DNA of 64,000 nt, from positions 5,034-69,033 of the forward strand of contig MHWY01000001.1 in assembly GCA_001824295.1 (NCBI GenBank), given 5' to 3'. Below, piece by piece: positions 30,041 through 40,032 of the stretch; positions within the stretch are counted from its first letter, which is position 1; the number at the start of each line of letters is the position of its first letter. The translations under genes were made by a program, and so were the position numbers. Under the pieces are notes generated by a model, which saw nothing but the letters and a program-made list of their open reading frames with translations, ran no database searches and had not been told where the DNA came from. The DNA is from Candidatus Zambryskibacteria bacterium RIFOXYD1_FULL_40_13. GTDB taxonomy: Bacteria; Patescibacteriota; Minisyncoccia; Phycocordibacterales; DATDWN01.

Positions 30041-30209
30041 GACACACTCTCCTTGTAGCGTTTTGTTTTGAAGGAACACCGCTGTTGGGTGTGTTCGGGA
30101 TAAAACGCCTAAATATACCCTTTATTAGGACTATCTCGAGAAACACTCTTTTGATTTGTCCTAATAATTCTAAGACAACCATATCTAAATTAAAAAATCT
30201 GTCAAGTGT

Positions 30210-31889
30210 TTAGTTTGATAAAAACAATCTTCCTAAACGTAGTTTGAGATAACTAGTTTTCTTCTTTTGTTTGGTTAGAAAATTATAAACCGGAGAGAGG
30301 GTGGTAGTTTTACACTTTTTAAACGCAAGAAGGATGTCGTCTAGTTCACTCCTTTTTAACTCCCTCTTTAGATAAGTAACGTCCGGACATTTATTTTCAG
30401 CAATTAAATCTTCTATGTGTGAAACTATGGTTTCCTGCTTTACCCCCCTGGCTTCAGCAATATCCTTGAGTGGAACTTCTTCGGCCAGAAAACCCGCTGT
30501 GATTTCTTGTGATGATTTCTTAACCTCCCTATTTTGCTCTTTTTCTTTTCGTCGAATTTTTATTTTTTCTTCTGGCTCAATCTTTCGGAGCCACTCTTTT
30601 TGTTTTTCTAAAATTTCTTCCTTGGTCATTTCCTGCAATTTATCAGCTTCAGACTCAGACATTTTTTGAAATTCCAAATCTTTCTCCAAAACCTCTCCAT
30701 CTACTTCAAGCGACATCTCGTTGAAACCAAGAAGCTTCATACCATCGAGAGATCTGACGCGCGAAAGCGCCACATACCCCATCCCCCTTACAAAGGATTT
30801 TGACAAGTCTACTTCCATGGCATCTAGGGACATTCCCTGACTTTTGTGCACAGTGATGGCCCAGGCTAAACGAAGAGGTAGCTGGGATATTTCTGCCTTA
30901 ACCTTCCCTTCCTCCTCAATTTTCCACAACTGAGGGGTTACAGAAAACCTCATCCCATTATTTGTCTCTACGGTTGGGTCACCAAAATTATTGAAATCAA
31001 CCACAACACCCAAGGTACCGTTTACATATCCCCCTTCCATGTGGTTCTTGGTAAACATAACCCTTGCGCCGATTTTCAGTTCCAGTATTTCTGGAGAAAG
31101 ACAACTCTTTTTCAATGTCTCTACCAAACCGCGAGAGCCTCTGGAAGTCATATGATAACTTCTGGTGTCATTACTGATTAAGTCCAGGTGCCTTTTGTTT
31201 ACCACATCTACATCTATATTATGAGTATAAAGTCTGGTAGATTCTCTGGCTGACTGCGGATCTTTGTTAAAGCGACTTTTCAAAAGCTCTATTGTTTTGT
31301 CTGTAACTTTGTTTTGTCTAATCTGATTCAATATAGAAAGATATATATTGTCTCTCTGACGATGTTGCTCTGATATGTGACAAATAGTCAGTTTAGCGTC
31401 CTTCCAACACTCGGCCTTATAAGCAAACTCAGATTCAACTATTTCCCCACGAGTAATTGGTGGGAGCTGAAAAAAATCTCCAGATAGGACGACCTGCATT
31501 CCACCAAAAGGCTTCTCGTTGTGTTTCATCTGCCTGCATATCCACTCTATCAAATCCAGTCTAAAATGATGAAGCATTGATACTTCATCAATAATCAAAA
31601 CTTTGGTCCTATCAAATCTCTTATACAAATACGCTCTCTGCATCATTTCATCTATATCGTAGTCGGTCAGAATATCACGAATACCAATACCCGACCAAGA
31701 ATGTATCGTCTGTCCACCAAGGTGGGTCGCTGCTATACCGGTAGATGCGGTCACCGCCACATCCACTGCATGTGATTTTAAATATTGAATGTAGGAGTTA
31801 AGCACATGGGTTTTACCGCTCCCCGCAGGACCGGTCAGAAAAACATTTTTACCCATTTTTAATATATCCAGAGCTTCTTGTTGAGTCAC
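30210..31889 (-). CDS. SF1B helicase, Pif1/RecD family
   Basis: LTGPAGSGKTHVL Walker A, IIDEVSML Walker B, SGDFFQLPPI motif; C-terminal extension. Confidence 0.7.
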   Translation of the reverse strand: MTQQEALDILKMGKNVFLTGPAGSGKTHVLNSYIQYLKSHAVDVAVTASTGIAATHLGGQTIHSWSGIGIRDILTDYDIDEMMQRAYLYKRFDRTKVLIIDEVSMLHHFRLDLIEWICRQMKHNEKPFGGMQVVLSGDFFQLPPITRGEIVESEFAYKAECWKDAKLTICHISEQHRQRDNIYLSILNQIRQNKVTDKTIELLKSRFNKDPQSARESTRLYTHNIDVDVVNKRHLDLISNDTRSYHMTSRGSRGLVETLKKSCLSPEILELKIGARVMFTKNHMEGGYVNGTLGVVVDFNNFGDPTVETNNGMRFSVTPQLWKIEEEGKVKAEISQLPLRLAWAITVHKSQGMSLDAMEVDLSKSFVRGMGYVALSRVRSLDGMKLLGFNEMSLEVDGEVLEKDLEFQKMSESEADKLQEMTKEEILEKQKEWLRKIEPEEKIKIRRKEKEQNREVKKSSQEITAGFLAEEVPLKDIAEARGVKQETIVSHIEDLIAENKCPDVTYLKRELKRSELDDILLAFKKCKTTTLSPVYNFLTKQKKKTSYLKLRLGRLFLSN

Positions 31890-31896
31890 CCAAACA

Positions 31897-32580
31897 TTAT
31901 ACCTTTTTGCTTTTTATCTTCCAGTTTTCAATATTTTTATGATTTCCAGACAACAACACTTTTGGCACTTTGTATTTTTTACCCTTGTATTCAAAAACTT
32001 CTGGTCTGGTGTAAACATCATGACTGGAAATACGAGATTCTTCCAAAGAATCAAAATTGCCGAGGACCCCCTCCACCTGCCTTGCCACACAATCCAAGAC
32101 AACCATAGCCGGCAATTCCCCACCGGTTAATATGAAAGGCCCGACAGAGATTTCTTCCATCTTGAAAACTTTTTTTACTCTGGCATCTATTCCCTCGTAT
32201 CTTCCACAAACAAGAATTATGTCCGTATATTTTTTCGCCGTCTTCTTTGCATAATCTGTATCAAACTGTTTGCCTCCAGGTGAAAAGAAAATGATTTTGA
32301 CTTTCGTATTTCTTGGATTTACTTTCGTCCTTCGCCTTTTGCCTTTCACCTTCGCAAGCGCTTTCTCTATTGCTTTTATTACTGGCAACGCTTGTAGCAC
32401 CATCCCAGGTCCTCCACTGTACGGCTTCTGGTCAACCCTTTTCCACTTATCACTAGAATAATCTCGTGGGTTATAAAAACTTACTTTTATTTTTTTGTCT
32501 TCTATGGCACGAGAAATAATCGACTCGTTTAGATACGAGCTGAAACTGTCAGAAAATAATGTGATTATGTGAAATCGCAT
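31897..32580 (-). CDS. trmD: tRNA (guanine37-N1)-methyltransferase
   Basis: MRFHIITLFSDSF ... PYSGGPGMVL SPOUT knot motifs. Confidence 0.85.
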   Translation of the reverse strand: MRFHIITLFSDSFSSYLNESIISRAIEDKKIKVSFYNPRDYSSDKWKRVDQKPYSGGPGMVLQALPVIKAIEKALAKVKGKRRRTKVNPRNTKVKIIFFSPGGKQFDTDYAKKTAKKYTDIILVCGRYEGIDARVKKVFKMEEISVGPFILTGGELPAMVVLDCVARQVEGVLGNFDSLEESRISSHDVYTRPEVFEYKGKKYKVPKVLLSGNHKNIENWKIKSKKV

Positions 32581-32688
32581 TTAGTATTTATAACACAAAT
32601 TTTGAATTCAGTACAGAAAAACACCCTCTTTCGAAGGGTGTTGCTTGTCCGCGACTGAATCCCCAAATGATCAGTCGCGGACAGCTTG

Positions 32689-32991
32689 TCACTCAGAAAC
32701 CACAATCTCCTTGGGTTTCATCAACGTCGGGCAGGTATCACCATCAAACCATACGTCGATGATGTTGGAAGTGTATCCCGGTGTCCCCGGCTCGACCAGA
32801 TTGACAATCGTACCAGACGCACCAGCGGGCACATTGGAGTGACGACCGTTTGATGCCACACGGGCACCAAGATAGAATACCTGCTCCGTGGATTGCGAGA
32901 TACCAACAATCCTCCCACTAACGGCTCGCCGCCCGACACTAAACCCTCCTGCCACTGTCACCACGAGGTCACCACATTTCGGGTGCTTCAT
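32689..32991 (-). CDS. hypothetical 100-aa protein (GC-rich island 7)
   Basis: GC-rich; TTGACA-type promoter upstream on minus strand; two hairpins downstream (32641-32680 perfect 12-13 bp stem). Confidence 0.4.
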   Translation of the reverse strand: MKHPKCGDLVVTVAGGFSVGRRAVSGRIVGISQSTEQVFYLGARVASNGRHSNVPAGASGTIVNLVEPGTPGYTSNIIDVWFDGDTCPTLMKPKEIVVSE

Positions 32992-33116
32992 AACCCCACC
33001 AACCCTTTCTGGTACCCAGGTACCAAGTTAACATTCCTACTTTGATAATACTGTATAATTTACTTATGTCAAGTATACGAAAAGGAGGGGCTACGTAACC
33101 CCCCCATGGACAGAGC

Positions 33117-33473
33117 TTAGGCAGCCGGTTTGTCATCACCGCCATGCCAGTGAGCTAAAATAGACCTCTTCAACTCCCTCTGCTGGCGAAACTGGTCAAT
33201 GCTGACCACCTTTTTCCTCATAATCCCCCGCCGGTGAATCGCTTTGTACGACCACCAAAATGGTAGCCACGCCCAAGCAACCACACCAACAAAAATAAGG
33301 ATGACCAATCCCGACACGAAGGTCTCTCGTTCAGAGTGGGTCAAACTCCGAACGAAGACGATTAGACCCCTGTACATCTGGGGTCCACTTCCAGCAATGA
33401 TGATGCCATAGATGATGGCCACCGCCACAACGACTGACAACGTAACTGCTCTCTTGATGGTGTGTGTTAACAT
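33117..33473 (-). CDS. hypothetical 2-TM membrane protein (GC-rich island 7)
   Basis: AGGAGGTG SD 3 nt before ATG (MLTHTIK...); two hydrophobic helices. Confidence 0.45.
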   Translation of the reverse strand: MLTHTIKRAVTLSVVVAVAIIYGIIIAGSGPQMYRGLIVFVRSLTHSERETFVSGLVILIFVGVVAWAWLPFWWSYKAIHRRGIMRKKVVSIDQFRQQRELKRSILAHWHGGDDKPAA

Positions 33474-33668
33474 ACCCACCTCCTACTATTATTATAACAT
33501 ATAAAAACAAAAAACACCATATAGGTGTCTTTTGTTAAGTTTATATTTTCAAAATCCTAAAAGATAATTGTGGATGAAGTTCAAGGCGCGACGTTTTGTT
33601 TGTGACCAAGCTGTATAGAAATACTGCGCATGGAACAAATAAAACTAGCAACGCAGAAATTCGCCAAA

Positions 33669-33983
33669 TTAGATTTTTAGGTCGGCCATGGCGTCATCTA
33701 GGGATTTGGTCGCTCCCGCCTTCACCTCCGGCATAGCCCCTTCTGGTTCATTTATTTTAAGGTTTACCCGTGAGTTATTCTTCATTCCCACAACACGAAG
33801 TAGTGTTCTGATAGCCTTTGCTGTATTACCCTCACGACCGATTATTTTACCCATATCATCCTTATGAACATCTAGGTTCATAAGTACCCCCATCTCATCT
33901 ACAGTTCTCACAATCTTCACGTCTTCTGGATGCTCAACTAACGCCTTAACAACGAAATCTAAAAATTGTACGTCTTTTTCCAT
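33669..33983 (-). CDS. KH-domain RNA-binding protein (YlqC-like)
   Basis: GKIIGREGNTAKAIRTLL GxxG KH motif; conserved position next to rpsP. Confidence 0.7.
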   Translation of the reverse strand: MEKDVQFLDFVVKALVEHPEDVKIVRTVDEMGVLMNLDVHKDDMGKIIGREGNTAKAIRTLLRVVGMKNNSRVNLKINEPEGAMPEVKAGATKSLDDAMADLKI

Positions 33984-34128
33984 GATGAATTCTATCGATT
34001 AATTGTAAAAGAATACGGTTTTATTATATCAACAAAAATCAAAAATCGTCAACATGGTGGTGAATCCCAACCCACTCCCTAGGTGTTGGTAACCGTGAGC
34101 TAAGACCCACCACTAGATTGACGAATTT

Positions 34129-34566
34129 TTAGGCTTCTATTTTCTCTGCAACTGGGGTAGGCGCCTCCTCAGATACTGCCTCGGCAGGAGTTTCGTCTAG
34201 AACCACAGGTTCAGCGGGAGATTCAAGAGAAGCACTCTCTTCTGCTACTGCAGGGGAAGCCTTTGGCTCTTCCACAGCCTCTTTCAAAATAGCTTTCTTT
34301 AGTGGCAAAACATTAACTTTCTTACCAGTAATAATTTTCTTACTTATTAGAATATTATGAACAGTTCCAGAGACCTGAGCACCCTTTGATATCCATTCTG
34401 ATATCTTGTCAGCCTTAAAGTTTGAGGCCTCGCCGTGTCTTGAGTCATAACTGCCAAGATTTTCCAAATATCTTCCACTTTTTGTTGAGTTTTTTGAGTC
34501 AGTCAAAACCAAGCGAAATGTCGGTTCGTGCTTTCTTCCTACTCTTTGTAGTCTTATCTTTAACAT
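34129..34566 (-). CDS. rpsP: 30S ribosomal protein S16 with Ala/Glu/Pro-rich C-terminal extension
   Basis: MLKIRLQRVGRKHEPTFRLV N-terminus typical of S16. Confidence 0.8.
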   Translation of the reverse strand: MLKIRLQRVGRKHEPTFRLVLTDSKNSTKSGRYLENLGSYDSRHGEASNFKADKISEWISKGAQVSGTVHNILISKKIITGKKVNVLPLKKAILKEAVEEPKASPAVAEESASLESPAEPVVLDETPAEAVSEEAPTPVAEKIEA

Positions 34567-34599
34567 GGTGGCTATACTAACAGAATAGAACCAAATGGT

Positions 34600-34990
34600 C
34601 AAATGTGCCTTAGACAAAAAGGAATTCGCGACTTACGCCCGACCACGCGGACCGCACGAACCCCCTCTTCGCAAACGCCTGGTTCATCGGGCTACCTCCT
34701 CTTGGAGGCCGTTCCTCCTTCGCCTCTCTTCTTGAAGATACCTGGCTCTGTCGAGCCTGTTTTCGAGAACCCTGACCAGCTCCGGATTGCAGGTCAATGT
34801 CTTGAGGTAGCCAAGATGCATACCACTTTCGTCGAGGAGAAGCTGAATCTCCCCAACAGAGCTATGGGAGTCAAGCTCCCTTAGCTTTTGCGCATACTCA
34901 ACGAGTTCGCAAGGTAATTTGCGTGACAACACCTCACCCCTTTCAAGTGGGCCGGATTGGCCCGAGAACACCAAGCTTACCTAGCCAAAA
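34600..34990. other. GC-rich segment of unclear nature (island 8): ORFs only with TTG/GTG starts; possible ncRNA or degraded cassette
   Basis: ORF-track ORFs on both strands begin with non-ATG codons and lack a strong SD; GC clearly above flanks. Confidence 0.3.
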
Positions 34991-35034
34991 TATAGCATTT
35001 ATCCCAAAAACAGTAAATGTGTTATAGTATTTTG

Positions 35035-36966
35035 ATGAAAGAGCAGAAAAACAAGAAAACTTTAGTTGGCCCAATCAGCATCAACACAAAAGGTGTTGGC
35101 TTTTTTGACATCCTAGACAAAGACAGCATTGAGATACAACCAGAGTTTGTACACCGTGCATTCCATGGTGACACTGTTGAAATTTCTTTAACGGGAAAGA
35201 AAATAAAAAACAGAGAACAAGGAAAAGTAACCAAAATAGTAAAGAGAGTTAAAGATGAGTTTGTGGGGGTGATAGATAGACATGACGGTAGCACTTTTAT
35301 CATTCCGGACGACAAAAGATTATATGTGGATATTTTCCTACCAAACGAGCCAAAGGTTTCCGAGGGAGATAAGGTTTTGGTGAAAATCACAGACTGGGAA
35401 TCAAAAAATCTGGAAGGAAAAATAATAAAAGTCATTGGCAAAAAAGGTGAAAACAATACAGAGATGGAATCCATTGTTCTGGAAAAAGGATTTCGCATTG
35501 AATTCCCTACCGAAGTAACAACAGAAGCTGAAAGGATAAAAAGTGAATACAAGGCACATTTTGAAGAAGAGGTAAAAAATCGCAGAGACATGCGTAAAGC
35601 TTTAACCATGACCATAGACCCCGCCGACGCCAAAGACTTTGATGACGCCATTTCCTTCAAAGATTTGGGGGGCGACCAATACGAGATAGGTATTCATATT
35701 GCCGATGTTTCCTACTTTGTCACTCCAGGAACCAAGCTTGACCGTGAATCAGAAAAGCGTGGACTTTCTGTCTATCTTGTAGATAGAACAATACCCATGT
35801 TGCCGGAGGTGTTATCAAATGACCTGTGCTCTCTCAACCCAAACGAAGATAAATTTACTTTTTCTGCTGTTTTTACAATGACAGGAGAAGGAAAAGTTTT
35901 AAAAGAATGGTTTGGTCGCACATCAATACACAGTGACAAGAGATTTTCATATGAAGAAGCACAGGAAGTAATAGATGGAAAAAAGCCAGGTCCACACCAG
36001 TTAGAACTTCGTAAACTAAAAGATATAGCCCAGAAACTAGAGAAGAAAAAAAGTAATGAAGGTGCAATGGTTTTTGATACCGAAGAAGTAAAGTTTGAGT
36101 TAGATAAAACAGGCAAGCCAATCCGTGTATATAAAAAAAGCCGACTAGAAACACACAAACTAGTTGAAGAGTTTATGTTACTTGCAAACCGTGCTGTGGC
36201 AAAATTTGTTTTCCTTTCACAAAATAAAGATTTAAGAAAAAAAGGTTCACAGTCTGTTTATAGAATTCACCCTAAACCAGACCCAGAGCGAATACAAACT
36301 CTAGCAACATTTCTTAAGGCAATGGGTTTTGATTTAAAAAACAAGGATGGTGTAGTTACTTCAAAAGATTTAAACGCCTTATTGAAGGAAGCCAAAGGAA
36401 CTCCAAACGAAGAACTCATAAACACTGCAACTATTCGCAGTATGGCAAAGGCAACATATTCTACAAAGAACATCGGGCATTTTAGTTTGGCCTTTGCTTA
36501 CTACACCCACTTCACTTCACCAATCAGAAGATACCCAGATGTCCTTGTTCATCGTTTTCTAGAGCGTGAATTAAAAGGAGGGAAAATAGAGAAAGATGAA
36601 TATCAAAAGTTTGAAAGTATTTGTTTGGCTTCTTCTGAGTTAGAGAAAAAAGCATCGGACGCCGAGAGAGCAAGTATAAAATACAAACAGGTAGAATATA
36701 TGACAGAGCATGTCGGAGAAGAATTTAATGGATCAATTACGGGTGTGACTGAATGGGGCATCTATATAGAAGACAAGGAAACAAAATGTGAAGGTATGGT
36801 AAAACTTCGTGACCTCGACGACGACTACTATGTTTTAGACGAGAAAAATTACACGGTCAAAGGAGAGAAAAGTGGACGAAAATTTACCCTGGGAGATTCC
36901 GTAAGATTTAAAGTCGTATCTGCTGATATGGAAAAAAGAGTTTTGGATTACAAACTGGTTAGCTAG
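35035..36966 (+). CDS. rnr: ribonuclease R / RNase II family exoribonuclease
   Basis: RNB domain motif DPADAKDFDDAISF, N-terminal cold-shock-like and C-terminal S1 regions. Confidence 0.85.
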   Translation: MKEQKNKKTLVGPISINTKGVGFFDILDKDSIEIQPEFVHRAFHGDTVEISLTGKKIKNREQGKVTKIVKRVKDEFVGVIDRHDGSTFIIPDDKRLYVDIFLPNEPKVSEGDKVLVKITDWESKNLEGKIIKVIGKKGENNTEMESIVLEKGFRIEFPTEVTTEAERIKSEYKAHFEEEVKNRRDMRKALTMTIDPADAKDFDDAISFKDLGGDQYEIGIHIADVSYFVTPGTKLDRESEKRGLSVYLVDRTIPMLPEVLSNDLCSLNPNEDKFTFSAVFTMTGEGKVLKEWFGRTSIHSDKRFSYEEAQEVIDGKKPGPHQLELRKLKDIAQKLEKKKSNEGAMVFDTEEVKFELDKTGKPIRVYKKSRLETHKLVEEFMLLANRAVAKFVFLSQNKDLRKKGSQSVYRIHPKPDPERIQTLATFLKAMGFDLKNKDGVVTSKDLNALLKEAKGTPNEELINTATIRSMAKATYSTKNIGHFSLAFAYYTHFTSPIRRYPDVLVHRFLERELKGGKIEKDEYQKFESICLASSELEKKASDAERASIKYKQVEYMTEHVGEEFNGSITGVTEWGIYIEDKETKCEGMVKLRDLDDDYYVLDEKNYTVKGEKSGRKFTLGDSVRFKVVSADMEKRVLDYKLVS

Positions 36967-37018
36967 CCCTTTCTTTTTCTCCAAAAGTGTTATATAATAT
37001 AGAAGGAGGTGTCACGCC

Positions 37019-37447
37019 ATGGTAGCAAGAGTGTTACAGTGGCTTCAGGTGATGCCACTGAAAAAGAAACGGGAGAAAAAACTCCGCGGAATCGCTCTGG
37101 CGGTCAAAACCGCGGGGGACATCGCAGAAGCCGGAAGGCTTGATGTCGTAGAGAGAGACCACAATCCCCCGATGGGAGTCTGCGCCAGAATCCAAGTTCA
37201 TACTAGGTTCATGGTCCTTACTCGGGTGAAAGATGTGGAGCCACCGGCATACTTCCCAGAGTGGAAAGAATTCTGGTGGTGGATTAATCTCCGCCCACGG
37301 CACTTTCCGGCAACTCCAGAAGAGCCGTCGCCACATATTCCAGGGGCGCGTGAGATTCACTGGATTGAATTCCGGTTCGAGAGAAGAACAGATTGTCGGG
37401 AGCTCTCCGACCCCAGCACGCACCTCACGATTAAGTCGTGGGAATAA
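37019..37447 (+). CDS. hypothetical 142-aa protein (GC-rich island 9)
   Basis: GAAGGAGGTG SD 6 nt before ATG; terminator-like hairpin cccccaagc...gctttggggg + T after stop; a 160-aa antisense ORF overlaps. Confidence 0.45.
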   Translation: MVARVLQWLQVMPLKKKREKKLRGIALAVKTAGDIAEAGRLDVVERDHNPPMGVCARIQVHTRFMVLTRVKDVEPPAYFPEWKEFWWWINLRPRHFPATPEEPSPHIPGAREIHWIEFRFERRTDCRELSDPSTHLTIKSWE

Positions 37448-37698
37448 CCCCCAAGCAAGTCGTCTGCGTGACGGCAAGCTTTGGGGGTTTTCGTATGTAA
37501 AAATCTTACTGACCAAAAAACATGTTAGCTCTGAGGATTTTTGTTCGAGTTTGAAATGAGTGATTTATTAAAAGACGCTAAACTTCCAAATCTAGATGAA
37601 ATCCGACGTGAGAAATTAAAAAGGCGAAGAGCCTTACTTGTCGTAAGGTGATGAGCATTTTTAATTTGGGAACGAGGAGTTCGCCAGATTTGGAAGTT

Positions 37699-39966
37699 TT
37701 ACTTAGCTATGGTAACAGCTTCTTCAAAAGCAACAGACAGTAACTTTGATCCCCCGCCCATTCCCATAGTCACACCATACAAGACACCAGCCCGAGACAT
37801 TGTTTCGCGGTTATGAGTAATTAAAATAAGTTGAGAATATTTTGAAAGACTCTCTATCATGTCTCCATATTTTTTTGAATTGGCCTCATCAAGTGCCGCA
37901 TCTGTTTCATCTAGAATAATAAATGGTGGAGGGTTGACCTGAGAAATAGCGAAGAGGAGAGCAATGGAGGTAAGTGCCCTCTCTCCACCCGAAAGCATCA
38001 TAAGACCCTTTATTTTTTTCTTTGGGAGATTGACCTCAATATCGATTCCCTCCTCCTCCCCTGCTTCGTCAAGACTACGCAGAGCAAGCTCTTCTTCAGA
38101 AATTTCTCCTCCGTCTAATAATTCATCAACTTCTGACTTTTTGCGTTTTGGTGGAGTAACAATAGATAATCTTGCCTCGCCACCCCCAAACATAACAATA
38201 AAATACTCTCGAAACTGGATATTTATTTTTTCCACTCCATTTTTGAACTCAACAGAAAGTCTGGCATCTAGATCAGAAATGAGTTCAGTAAGGGAGGTTG
38301 CTGTTTTCTCCAAATCCGCAAGCTCCTTCTCTAGAAATGCATCCCTCTCGCTCGCTTCTGTGTATTCCTTGAGCACATCAGCCCCACCAGCTCCGCCCGA
38401 ATCTTCTAGTCTGATTTTTATTTTTTCTATTTTGCGTCTGCGTTCCTCTTGAATGTGCCTATCTTCATTAAAATCAAATGCCAGGTCTTGAAAATGTAAG
38501 ACATGCGTGCCAAGCATCATACCAAGTTCTGTTAGCTCCCTCTTGAAATCCTCTTGCACAAGATGCAGAGTCTCCTCCTCTGTTTTTAAACTACGTAACC
38601 TAGACCTCACTTCTTGAGATTCCGCCATAACACGAAAAACCGCTTTTTCTGCGTCTCGGTTTGAATCCTTTTCCTTCTCTATTTTATTTTGCAGTGCAGT
38701 ATATTGAAATGCTAACTGACTTTCTTTATCTTTTATTTCTTCAAGTGACTTTTCAATATTTTCCTTTGATTCTTTCAGGTTTTCAATATCTTTCTCCGCT
38801 TCAGTTAGAAGAGACATGTCTATCTTATCTTTGTTTTTATCAACAAAAGCAGATAAAATTTCTCCCACCTCATCCAAGACACGAAGAAGAGTATCAATAT
38901 CCCCGGCTTTCTTTGCCTCGATAATTTTGGCCTCAATCTGTGCAGATAAGCTCTCAACAGAAACAAGGGTTACTGTCTTGTGTTCCAGAGAGTGAGCAAC
39001 TTCTTCTTGTTTTTTGACCATCCTTATGAGAGAAGAGACTTCCCCATCAATTTTTCCAACCTCGCGAAACAAATTATCCTTCTCACTTCTCACTTTAAAA
39101 AGATTCTGCTCAAGCTCAATTAACTCCTCAGAGGTTGCGTCTCTATGCTTTGCTCCCTCAAGAACAGCCCGAGCCTCACTTAATTCGTTGTTTAGCTCTT
39201 TTTCTTTCTGAATCAAGGGCCACCTCTCTGTCTCAATCCTTGTGGTTGTAACCTTTATATACTCATCTTCTCTCTTGCAATACTCCAATGCTTCTTTCTG
39301 TAATTCTTCCCTAAGTTCAATGGATTTCTGCACCTTTTCAACCTGCTTCTTTAAAAACCTGATGTGTGGCATTATTTCTCGGCGAAGAGACTGAGTCTGA
39401 GCAATATTTTCTTGGGTTTTTGCTAGTTTCTTTTCACTCTCCTGCTTTTTGTATTGATACATCTTGAGGCCTAATGCATCCTCAATCATGGACTTTCTTT
39501 CCTTTATATTGGCGTTTAGTATTCTGTCCGCCTCACCTTGAGAAATAATATGGTGTCCCGATGAGCCAATATGAGCACTAGACAGTAGTTCTACTACATC
39601 CCTGAGGCGCACCTGTGAGCCATTTATTAGATATTCATTTACCGAGTCACGATGAACAACACGCTCAATAGTGACTGTGTCATAGTCTATTGGAAGAAAT
39701 TTACTACTGTTATCAAAAACAATTTTTACGCTTGCTCTGTTGGCTCTAGGTGTGTCTGGAGAACCGTTCCAGATAAGGTCTTCACCCTTTTTTCCTCTGA
39801 GAGACTTTATTGACTGCTCACCCAAAACAAAACTGAATGACTCAGCTACATTAGATTTTCCCGACCCATTTGGGCCCACAATTGCCGAAATTTTGGATGT
39901 GAACTGAAGCTCGCTCTTTTTGGCGAAACTTTTGAATCCCGTGAGTTCAATGCTCTTTAAATACAT
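37699..39966 (-). CDS. SMC-family ATPase (short, 755 aa)
   Basis: N-terminal Walker A GPNGSGKSN, coiled-coil middle, C-terminal signature LSGGERALTSIALLFAI and D-loop ILDETDAALD. Confidence 0.7.
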   Translation of the reverse strand: MYLKSIELTGFKSFAKKSELQFTSKISAIVGPNGSGKSNVAESFSFVLGEQSIKSLRGKKGEDLIWNGSPDTPRANRASVKIVFDNSSKFLPIDYDTVTIERVVHRDSVNEYLINGSQVRLRDVVELLSSAHIGSSGHHIISQGEADRILNANIKERKSMIEDALGLKMYQYKKQESEKKLAKTQENIAQTQSLRREIMPHIRFLKKQVEKVQKSIELREELQKEALEYCKREDEYIKVTTTRIETERWPLIQKEKELNNELSEARAVLEGAKHRDATSEELIELEQNLFKVRSEKDNLFREVGKIDGEVSSLIRMVKKQEEVAHSLEHKTVTLVSVESLSAQIEAKIIEAKKAGDIDTLLRVLDEVGEILSAFVDKNKDKIDMSLLTEAEKDIENLKESKENIEKSLEEIKDKESQLAFQYTALQNKIEKEKDSNRDAEKAVFRVMAESQEVRSRLRSLKTEEETLHLVQEDFKRELTELGMMLGTHVLHFQDLAFDFNEDRHIQEERRRKIEKIKIRLEDSGGAGGADVLKEYTEASERDAFLEKELADLEKTATSLTELISDLDARLSVEFKNGVEKINIQFREYFIVMFGGGEARLSIVTPPKRKKSEVDELLDGGEISEEELALRSLDEAGEEEGIDIEVNLPKKKIKGLMMLSGGERALTSIALLFAISQVNPPPFIILDETDAALDEANSKKYGDMIESLSKYSQLILITHNRETMSRAGVLYGVTMGMGGGSKLLSVAFEEAVTIAK

Positions 39967-40032
39967 ACCGAATCAGTATATCAAATTTTTTTGATAACAG
40001 AAAAAGCACACCCGAGAAAGCCGTGTGCCTTT

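Noticed and set aside
29396-30058. 220-aa plus-strand ORF antisense to the island-6 gene
   Set aside because: The GC-rich antisense frame lacks an SD. The minus-strand gene has an AAGGAG SD and a terminator.
34603-34974. 93-aa (+) and 96-aa (-) ORFs in island 8 as CDS calls
   Set aside because: Both have non-ATG starts only and no strong SD. They are kept as an unresolved region rather than called genes.
37034-37516. 160-aa minus-strand ORF in island 9
   Set aside because: The plus-strand ORF has a canonical SD and terminator. The minus frame is kept only as an alternative in the findings.
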